The position numbers and the translations under genes are program-made. DNA of 64,000 nt, taken from assembly GCA_044892525.1 (NCBI GenBank), contig CM097885.1, positions 15,750,001-15,814,000 on the forward strand. Reading direction: 5' to 3'. Below are positions 51,996 through 64,000 of this stretch, one piece after another; the stretch's first letter is position 1; every line of letters begins with the position of its first letter. The notes below the pieces were generated by a model. That model searched no databases. It saw only the letters and a program-made list of their open reading frames with translations, and was not told where the DNA came from. The DNA comes from Schmidtea polychroa (taxonomy: Eukaryota).

Positions 51996-52200
51996 TGCAA
52001 TTGCATTTTGTAAGTAAATCTCTGATTTCGAGGTTAGTCTGTTCGTTAGCAATGACAGCAAGTTTCTTATTAAATGCGATCTGCGAGGAGGATGGTAAGA
52101 TCATTTTGTTTATTACGGTATAATTGGCGAAATGTTCATTGAAGAGTGGTTCATAATGAACTATGTTAAGCGCTACAAGTCTGTTTGCTTTTGTTTTATC
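51996..52200 (-). mobile_element. Short Penelope-like RT fragment, flanked by a ~74-bp direct repeat (51923-51996 / 52266-52338)
   Basis: Near-identical to 12048-12245. Confidence 0.75.
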
Positions 52201-53254
52201 CATACTCCTGTCACTAGAATAATTTCATACTTGTTCATTTTTTTTAAATGACTTCGCTCTAACACAGTGACTTTTTCCCTCTTTTGAATTGCAAATTTCA
52301 TTTATCGCTTCTTATATGTTGCTGTAACCAAATTTCACATAAAATATTGCATACAATACTTTCAAATAATTATGGAATGCATTTTTGTGGCTTTCAACAA
52401 TTTCAAGCTGTTTCTTAATTTTATTTCGTTTTTCTGCGCCACTTTTAAATCTTTTCTATGTGCTTACTATAGTAGATAGAAGTGTCACCGCTGAACCAAC
52501 CCTCTGGTAAAATCTCAAAGTCGATTAAGAATTTTAGATAAGTGTATATAAAAAATGCTTAGTTTCCATGGAAATGAGCTTAAAACTCTCTAAATTAAAA
52601 TATAGGTTATGCCATAATATAACATTTTCTGTATATTATGAAACAAAGACAAACTTATATTATAGAATTAAACTCATATTCTTTAACACATGGGAAGACA
52701 ATGAACAAAAGCATAAGAAAAGTAAATTATGCAAATTAACAAAATATGCTTAGAAATATTTTGAAAAATATACTTTATTACAGAAAATTATTTTAATATC
52801 GGAAATCAACTGAATAGGAAATATACAGGAATATACTGGGAAACCCTCCAAACTCTAGAAAATTAAATATCCCAACTCAAAAAATTTCCCCAAATTTAAA
52901 AAAAAGCTCCTAAAATTAATTTTCGCAAAAAATAACGTAATTTTATATATGGTCAAAATTAACTTGTAAATTTTTTTTAAAATATTACTTTATTATAGGA
53001 AATCAACCGTATAGGAAATATACAAGATTATTACAAGAAAAATCTTCCCAACTCAAATTATTACACAAATGCACTCAGTCTGGGACACATTGAGGAGCCA
53101 TTGAAAGCTTGGTCACACCGCGAGCCAATACTCATGCTCATTGCGAAAAATCCAGTCAAATCGCCTTTATTGCCCTCATAAACATTACACAAATGCACTC
53201 AGTCTGGGACACATTTCTCGCTATCCGTTCTGAGTAAGCATCCGTTTTGTACAG

Positions 53255-53973
53255 GTCATAGTAAATTATTGATTGATGAGATCAGTAATATATGCAATGA
53301 GATGCAAGCAATGAGAGATGAGAATCTAAAATTGCGTAATGAAATTATCAATATCAATGTAAATTTGTATTTGTAATTAATTTTATTGACATTTGTGATT
53401 GTAGGTGAAACTGGGCAATATTGAAAGGAAAGAGGCGGAGAAGAAAAGAGAAATAGAAGAATTGAATGAGGAAATGGTGACATTGAAGAATAAGAATCGC
53501 TCATTGAGAATGGAGATGGAGACAAATATTGGATCAATCAATCAAGTTTGATTATTGATTTGATTTGCTATTTATTTGTTATTGCTGCAAAGCAAGTCAG
53601 ACAGCAAATTGAAGTGATTGAATCAAAATGTCAACAGCAAATTGATGAGATGAAAGAGAAATGCGAGCAGCGGCTGCAACAGGGGAATGAAAAGGTGATT
53701 TATTGATTTATTTAAATATTTGAATTTGAGATTCAGTTGCAGCTTGAAATGGCGAAATGCGCCAATGAAATTTGGCGGAATGAAACAAAATGTCAACAGC
53801 AAATTGATGAGATGAAAGAGAAATGCGAGCAGCGGCTGCAACAGGCGAATGAAAAGGTGATTTATTGATTTATTGAAATATTTGAATTTGAGATTCAGTT
53901 GCAGCTTGAAATCGCGAAATGCGCCAATGAAATTCGGCAGATTGAAACAAAATTAGCAAATGAAAAATATATA
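53255..53973 (+). pseudogene. TRAF copy 4, internal fragment (coiled-coil exons, duplicated module, truncated at start of MATH)
   Basis: High identity to 20500-21060 including introns. Ends at NEKYI. Confidence 0.8.
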
Positions 53974-54193
53974 AAGAAAAAAATATTGTACATTTAAATT
54001 ACGTGTTCGATGTGCACCACCTTGATGAAATAGATTTTGTGTTATGATAATAACTGTTACACCAACATGTCTGCTGATCAAGGACTATCTTATAGTCGAA
54101 AATTCTTTCATTAAATACATTATTTGCAGCAAAAGGCTTAAATTATCATTTTATTGTTTTAAATAATAAATGCTGCTACCAAGCAATCATCAT

Positions 54194-54263
<70 letters not shown>

Positions 54264-54509
54264 TTAGTTTGGAAGTAATAAAAGCAATAATAATAATATG
54301 ACACATATAACATATGACAATGCAACATCAATGCATTTTGAATGTAATTAAAACAAAGACATACTGCAATTTGATTGGTTTATAAACAATAGCCATAGGT
54401 ATAAAAACCCTGTACCATTACAATTCAATCATAATTCACGATTACCAAGAAAATATCAAGCACTGAAAAACCAAAGGTTGTTGTTGCAGAACTTGTACAA
54501 CCTGTTCAA

Positions 54510-54896
54510 ATGTTCCACAACTACAAAATGCATTTTTTAAAAGAAGAAATCAATATGAAATTGGTGTCACCGATCAAGCTAATTCCTACTCAATTTCAAT
54601 TCTTATCCGGCACACTTTCAATGATAGATGTTAAATCTATTGAGGTTTTCAAACGGTTGGATGCGAATCTATCATGTAATCAACATGCATGGTTCAACAA
54701 CCGATATGCAAGATTTTATGATTCCATTGATGAAATCAGCTTTAAAGAAAACGAAAATTGGTATATAACAATAGCAATCCAGGGATATAAAGTTGATAAT
54801 AATGAGAATATTGATAATATTCTCCAATTTGGAAAACTATGTCTGCTAGACTTTCACAGCTATTTTTATAAATGTTGCTATATTTATTGTTTTTAA
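54510..54896 (+). CDS. Uncharacterised small protein
   Basis: Intronless ORF with upstream ATTGG and TATAAAA and tandem AATAAA directly after the stop. Confidence 0.4.
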   Translation: MFHNYKMHFLKEEINMKLVSPIKLIPTQFQFLSGTLSMIDVKSIEVFKRLDANLSCNQHAWFNNRYARFYDSIDEISFKENENWYITIAIQGYKVDNNENIDNILQFGKLCLLDFHSYFYKCCYIYCF

Positions 54897-55565
54897 TAAA
54901 TGTATTTAATAAATGTATTTTGTCCTATTTGTTTTTCATTTACTTAACCAGGAAATTGCAAAATCAATGCAAAATACATGCAAACTTTAACAAAGACATT
55001 CGATAAACAAACTTACATTATAGTTTTAAAGTGTTAATAATGACGTTAGAAAAAGGTTAATATGGTCAGTTATTGATTGAATTATTTATTGTTTAGAATA
55101 TTTAATCAATGTTTTGTTGGCAAAATTAGCAGAAATCTCTTGTGTAAAAATGGAGGATGTATTATCTGTTTCAAATGAATTAAATATAGACTGGGTAGTG
55201 AAGATTCAAGATTTGATGAAACTTATGAGGCAATAACAGAACAAATTAATGAAGAAAACACACAAGAAGATGACGAGGAAATCATACAAGAAATTGATGA
55301 ACCTAAGGAGGAACTTACGGACTATATAACTGAAAATATTAAGTATACCGAACCGCGTGTATATAACGATTGTATAGATCATATCGTTGAAAATGTTATG
55401 AAATGCGGAGATGATGAATGTGAATGTGTTAATAAATTTTAGTTTGAGTGTATATTTAAAGTATAATATTTATAAATAACAACATTAACTTTTATTTAAA
55501 TATTTAAACATTACATATAATACAACAACTCCCAAGGCTAATCGCATATAACTTTTGACTTTTGC

Positions 55566-56680
<1,115 letters not shown>

Positions 56681-57464
56681 TGTACATTAATTTTAAATAT
56701 TCTGTTTTATTTATACTAATACTGGTTATGATTCTGATTGGTTAATATAGTTCTATGTAAAACATAAGAGATTTGATATAATATTTATTGCTTCTTATCA
56801 ATGTTTTCATATACAGACACACATAAATTATCTGCCCAAAATAAAACATATATATATATATATTAGGGTGGGTCGAAAATTTTTTTTTTCTCCAAACATG
56901 CCTAAAAAGTTGTGCTTATGCTAGAAAATGAAATATCCCTGCAAAAGACTGCTGTTTAAAAGGGTTTACAGGTCCCAACTTTTGTTTGTATGTATTAGTT
57001 CTATCCCAGTAAAAATGCTCGCACACGTGCCATTGTAAATTCATCCTGCAAGCAGTCACACGCTTGCAGAAAGACCATTTTTGACATGCTCTATTCACAA
57101 GTCCGAGCTAACGCGTGCATGTATTGAGAGGTTAATTCACGGAAGCACCTTCACACAAGCACTCACAAAGACAATTTCTTCTGAACAATACTAACACACA
57201 CACTACAGTCAACACATAATCCACATGGATACTACTAGTCAGTCTAAACTCAGATAATTTAATTTGTTTCGATTGGATGTCAAGTGTTTGCTGGACCTAA
57301 TTAAAAAAGTTAACTTGATGATTCACTTTTATTTTGCCAGAGCTGAGTACAGAAGAGCAGTTATGAAGGGACAGAGAAATAAGCAATTTCGCAAAACAAG
57401 AAGTAAATCACGTCATTGTCTGTTTGGTCAAACTTGTGAACTACCCTGCCTTTTTTGAAAAATA

Positions 57465-60400
57465 ATGATTTCCAAAATTCAATATAACATTCAATCGCAC
57501 TGGGCTGAAATTGACCGTGACGCTGAGAAAATAATTGTATTTTTCAATTCAGGTAGGACGAAAAGCGGAGATGATCTCGCACAATGCTGGAACCGGATTC
57601 GGACGCGGCTACGACAGAGATATTCTAACACGGCGCTTTATGTAGAGCAAACACTGAAGGGAAAAATGAAGAGAGCGGCCGATATGGACCAGAGAGCGAT
57701 TACGCTGCTCACAAGAGTCCGAGATAACAAATACAGGAATAATACAAACGATAAAAATAATGAAAAAGAGAACTTTAATAATATTAATAATATTTATTCT
57801 AAGGATCAAAATAAATGGAGAAATGAAGCTGCTTTGAGACGGCAGATAACGATGGAACACCGTGACACGACTACTCCACCTCATGACCTGGACTATGGAC
57901 ATGGACCTGGCAGGCAGATGGCTGCAGCGCACCGAATAACGACTCCACCATCCTGTGATCTTGATTGCCAGGATGTATCCGGCAGAGGCTTTGTGGACGG
58001 GAGAGATGCTGGAGGAGTAATGAATGGGTACGATAATTATGATTACTCTAATAAAAATAAATCAATAATATATAATTCGAATCAAACAAATATGAGAGGA
58101 AAAAATAATGACTATTACCCGCATGACAACCATATAAAGAAATCAGCCTATGGCTTTGCTTCACCTAATATGCCTGCTGAAAGTAACTCTCCCTCTAAAT
58201 GCTTTGATAATGAAAGACAAAATACTTCTTACGTGAATGGCCGTCCGTTAAAAGAAAAGGCATACTATCTTGACACTCCTGATCTGCCTAACAGTGATGA
58301 AACTATGCGAATTAATGAACTTAATGCGAAAATAATTGATAAAATAAACAATAATAACCAAACCTATGCCAACAATTACCTTCTTCCACATCCTTCTTCT
58401 GCCCAATATGATGAAAGAAGTGCTCCAATAAAAATAAATCCACCTTCCTATAAAGAGAAATTAATAAACCGAATAAATAAAAATAATGCCCATGAAGATC
58501 GAATTAATGAAGACTATATTAGAAAATACAGTCTCCATAATGATACGAAATACTATGATTATAATAAAGAATGTAATACTCATATTGACAATAGTAAAAA
58601 ATACTATTGTCCTGACGAATATAGTTACTTTTGCGAAAATCGCTCTGCCAAAAATGGCGAAAATAAATTTAAATTAATTAATAATGATAATAATAATATA
58701 TTTAAACAACATATTTATAATAATGATATAAGTAATAGTGAATATAATAATAATAAAAAGCATAATTTAAATAATGAAAATGATAAATCCAATAACTCTA
58801 AAAATCCAAAAAACAAATATAATAATAAATTTATAATTAATAATACATTGAACTATAATTTAAATCAAATTGAAAATGAATTCTATAATTTTAAATTAAA
58901 ATTAGATAATAGTCTAATTAATTTTAAATACAAAATCGGAAATTTGTTTAAATTACCTAAACAATTTCCTTTTTTGAAAAATAATGATTTCCAAAATTTT
59001 TCTTGCCCTTCGGGCAAGAAAAATAAGCCCCTACGCAGCTCATCGGCCTGCGGCCGATTCGCCGGCTCCCGGACCAACAACGACGACGACGAAACCACAA
59101 AAAACGACCTTACTATCGACTTAACCGCAGAACCTCTACCCAACAATAACATCAATGACCAACACGCTGAAATACCAAATACGAAAATATCCAATAATAC
59201 CTTTCGCCGAGAAATAAAAACACTCTCGAAACATTTTTGGACGATGTTCCACAAAGACCCCACCTACATAAATATTCTTAAAGATTATAATAACGAGCTA
59301 AATAACTACAATGAAGACGACCAACCAATACCACTGACCAATAACACTACAATGAACGTACCCACACTACCCATCACTAACAATAATGACACTACATTAT
59401 CCAAAACACAAGCCAACAAAAATGACAAATACGAAACCACACCTAGTCTCACCAATAACAGATTTCACGCCTTAGCCACCATAAATAATGACCCTAAGGT
59501 AAACAGTATAACAGACGCAAACCCACCAGCACCGTCTAACTACAACATTCCTACATCCACCACTAACAGTACCACTAATGTCCCACAACCTCATTCCATT
59601 TCCCCCCCTACCAAACCCATAGAAACTCAATCTTCCCCAATCAAAGCTAATCAATCAAACACAATACAATCAACAACTAAACCACCCACTTACATTACTC
59701 CATTAAATACATGCAATAACAATATCGAAACCACAATACACTCGTCCCCAAATAAGGATACAAATATCACCCACAATAAAAGGGATAAACATCTCATACA
59801 AGAAATCCACAGAATAATCAACTGTAACAATCAAGAAATCTCCAAAAAACATGAAACAACCACAAAAAACCTGCAACAATACATAATACAACAACAACAC
59901 GAACAAGCTAATACACACGAAACATTAGCGCTCCTAATCTCACAGATGACAAAATTGCAACAACAACTACTCACACATAATACAGCAGCATCCTCCCAAC
60001 TCCCTCACGACATTGATGATGTACACTTAACTCTCACGCCCAAGGATGATGACCTAAACATACCTCCACAATTCCATCAACCTGAACCCTCAGACAATGA
60101 ATCAAATGATTCCCAATCGGAAGATGACAATGACGGATACATCACAGAAATAGAACGACAAATCCATGTGAATAACAAAGTCGACATTGATGAGACCCCA
60201 ACCCAACAAACACCATCACAATATGAACAAATCAACAACACCCAACAAGAACAAACAACACAAAGAACAACATCTTCCAGCGGCTCCCTTTTTTCACCAA
60301 TGGAAAACATAACTCCAGTTGACCTCAACGACCCCTTTAACATGTATCATGCACTAGATGTCCTCCACATAAAAGACTTTGCAATCGTTAAAGACATAAT

Positions 60401-63400
60401 GAAAACGCCACCAGCACCAGATACACAAACCTCAGAATCATCCACCAATACACCCAATCCACTATATAACCTGCTCAACACCAACGAACAACCAGTAACC
60501 CAAAACCTCACCACGATTGACTCCCCATTCACGCTCAAAAAACAAGCACTATTTAAACTAGGTAGTGAAGGCTACCTAAAATGTAGGATGAAAAATTGCA
60601 AACATGGCAAAATTGGCCCTCTGATGGAAGACAAGCAACATGAACACATGAAAAGCATGCATGACCGAATTATAAAAGACACAGACACATTCGAATGCCT
60701 AATATGCCAAAGACAGAGGAAAAAAGGACAGAACCAAACCAAATTCCTTCTCACAAATATTGAAGAACACTGGCTTGATTATCACCCTGAAAAACAAATC
60801 CCTGGTACTAGAGAACAATATAATGACAAAAGGCGAATCCTCACACTAGAGCTCAACGAAGAGGGAACACTACTATGCACATACATATGTAAGAAAAACC
60901 CCTGTGATATACATATGACTGTGAAGACCACCGCCAATGACATACTCAAACACATTTCTACAAAACACAAAAGTAAAGTATTTGACCAGACCACAAACGT
61001 CAAATGCCACTGTGGTGAAACAATAAACTTTGATAATATGAAACAACACCACCACTCACACATGGGAATACTTGAACCCACTGAAATAAACAATGAACCC
61101 CCCACAAACATCCCAGTAACCACCAAAGACATAGACTCCGACTGACTAAACCAGCACCAGATCTCCGCATACATGCTAACACATGCAACTACTGAAAACA
61201 CTATATACATAGATAGCTTTATAGGACTTGCATGCATTGAAAAACACTTCCAAACCTTTTTTTCTGCCTTCCCATTTCATAAATATCCTACATGGATAGA
61301 CCTAATTTGGCCCATCAACATCGAAAGGAACCTCTGGATACTCTTTTACATAAATAAAAAACGTAACCTTGCCACAATTATTGATCCCACCTGCCAAATT
61401 AGCACCATGAAACATTACAACACAGCAACAACTATACTCAACATACTGACCAACCTCCAAAACATAATAACCACAAATGATTTCACCTTACAAGAACTAA
61501 CATATCCAAGATGCAATGAAACAAAGCAATCAGGATACTACATATGCCACTTTGCCAAATGCCTAGCCTCCAACAGATGCATCACACTCCCCGACATACA
61601 AAACATACGCACAGACCTTAACAAAATAATAAACCTAATAATATATAGAAGGAAAGCAACTGATGACGTGACCAGATATACCGCATTCATTGATGACATA
61701 ATTATCCAGCTTGACACTAATACTATCCATGTTGATGAGAGCCTCGTAGAAATTGCCAAGATACATGAAGCTATATACCCCAACAAATACAAAAGTAAAA
61801 CAATACCAATAAACATCCTCAACTCAAAAGACACTAAGCGATTAGTATTCGAGCTACGACTAGACTTTGATAGAAGACCAAAAGCAACAATTGAAAAAAT
61901 ACTCAACAAAAATGAAAACACAACGACCACACCGACAGACGATGACATCTACAAAAACTTCCAAACCACAACAAAACACATAACTAAATATAGTACACCA
62001 GATACACAACCCTCATACATTGACCTTATATCAGATAAACCCATAACAGACACAGAACTCAACGAATCCATACTCAAACTTGACAGCACATCAGCCCCAG
62101 GTAGTGACAAAATCACATACAAAGAGTGGAAAAAGATAGACCCGAAAAACAAATTTAGACTGGCACTTTTTAACAACATACTACGCAATGGACATAGTCC
62201 CAAAACGTGGAAAACCTTTAGAACGAAACTCATCCTTAAACCAGGCAAAGAGCAATCACCGCATGAAGTATCATCCTGGAGACCGCTTGCTATACTGGAC
62301 TCAGCATATCGCACATTTGCCTCAATCATGAATGATAGACTTCTCTCCTGGATTCAGCTAGGACACCTGTTGAGCACTAACCAGAAAGCGGTGGGAACTC
62401 CGGATGGATGCGCTGAACATAACACAGTTATCAGTCTCGCCAAGGAATGTGCAGTGAGAAATGGGACGGATATTAATATCATCTGGCTGGACCTTGCGGA
62501 TGCTTTTGGTAGCCTTCCGCATGACCTTATTTGGCATACCCTGTCGAGACTGAAACTGAAGGCAAAAACAATCGATCTTATTAAAGAAATGTATACTGAC
62601 TGCTACTCAATATACGAATGCGAGGACCGACGATCAAGGGAGATACGGATAAACAATGGAGTCAAGCAAGGCTGCCCAATGTCTATGACTCTGTTCAGCC
62701 TCTCCATTGACTATATCCTCCAGAAAATCCTCAAACAACACCCACTTGTTATAGATGGACACAATATAAGCATAATGGCATATGCAGATGACATTGTCAT
62801 GATCTCCAACACACGGCAAGAAATAGGTAACATGTTACGAACTATAGTTGAACTCTCTGACATATCTCACCTTAAATTCAGACCCTCTAAGTGCGGCTAC
62901 TTCCAACTACAACGAAACCACAAAGAGATACCCCTAACTATATACAAGGAAAAAATACCCATCATTGATCACGACAACATATATAAATACCTAGGAGTTG
63001 ACTTCGGCCAGAAAGGCAAACATGACATTGACAACACACTCATAAAAGCGATTGATGACACGACAAAAATAATGACCTCTGACCTACACCCAGCACAAAA
63101 ACTTCAAGCATACAAGACTTTCATACACTCTAGACTAATATTTCCATTCAGAAACTGTACAATCAACAACATGATTCTTGACAGCAACAGAAACAAAGTA
63201 GTACAAAATAGACCCAAACAATTAGGATATGACCAAAAAATAAAGAGAATATTAAAAGATACACTAGATGATATACACCAAAACATTAATAACAACTTCT
63301 TTTATGCACATTGTAAACTAGGAGGTCTTGGCATAGTGCCTAGTATAGATGAATACATGATACAAGGCATCACACACATCATCAAAATACTACACACACG

Positions 63401-64000
63401 AGACACTAGCATGAGGGAATTCATAATCCAGCAAATGATAGCAGTAGCCAAAATACGATTTAAACACACCACAATAGACATACACCAAACACTACGCTGG
63501 ATTAATGCAGACATTAAAGGTGACATAAGTGGACCAGCAACTGTATTCGGAAAATTTCGGTCTGCCATAAAAAGAATGAATGAGAAATTCGGCATCAAAA
63601 TCACACTGACACTTGACAACAACAAATACATACTACTCCTGAAAACAAAAGACTACACCATATATATTAACGACACAAACCTCACAGAAACCTCTGCCAA
63701 ACTACATGAAATCACAAGTGAATGGTATGCAGATCAATGGTACCAGATGACATGTCAAGGATACATTTCTAGGACCATAGGCGCAAATAGACAATCAGCA
63801 CACCTAATCAAATCACACACCCTGACAGATAAACAATACATATTTCTCATTAAAGCAAGAAACAACATGATAAGCCTCAACTATAGTGCATACAGAATGA
63901 AAGAAAACATGAATACAAAATGTAGGCTCTGTAATGCTGAACCAGAAACACAAGCACACATATTCAATCACTGCCTCAAAACAACAAATGCTAGGAGAAA
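57465..64000 (+). mobile_element. NeSL/Utopia-like (R2-group, RLE-type) non-LTR retrotransposon; single long ORF with one TGA at 61143-61145, running off the window
   Basis: C2H2-like fingers at ~60580-61060 and a Ulp1-like region after the TGA. RT motifs SAPGSDKI, WRPLAI, WLDLADAFGSLPH, GVKQGCPMS, AYADDI, YKYLGV, GGLG. CCHC knuckle CRLCNAEPETQAHIFNHC at the end. Confidence 0.9.

Noticed and set aside
57609..63631. Many minus-strand ORFs over the retrotransposon
   Set aside because: Antisense shadows of the A/C-skewed plus-strand ORF.

Overview
Very AT-rich eukaryotic DNA. Tiny 42-50 nt introns, long (TAA)n microsatellites and an expanded TRAF family suggest a planarian-type flatworm, but that is inference. 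Host content is a cluster of four closely related TRAF genes or fragments (RING-zinc finger-coiled coil-MATH): one apparently intact (20049-21489), one frameshifted, one 3' part at the window start, and one internal fragment. They lie in a nest of transposon debris (Gypsy LTR pieces, Penelope-like, CR1/L2-like, a complete but degenerate hAT with an 8-bp TSD, Helitron 3' ends, a piggyBac-type MITE). The largest element is a Polinton/Maverick (adintovirus-like) endogenous virus, ~35675 to ~51900. It carries major and minor capsid, PLA2-integrase, packaging ATPase, adenain protease, a fibre-like protein and pPolB. It starts with AGTAGT directly after the VHCLAG active-site codons of a dual-specificity phosphatase, and I found no right terminal repeat. 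Its left arm holds three co-oriented tRNA-like box A/box B small-RNA candidates plus hairpins, a possible counterpart of adenovirus VA RNAs and the most novel signal here. Near 55.5-56.7 kb is a compact spliced Bcl-2-family gene that the ORF track captures only in part. The window ends inside a NeSL/R2-group retrotransposon with a degenerate Ulp1-like domain. All calls come from visual motif reading; no searches were run.
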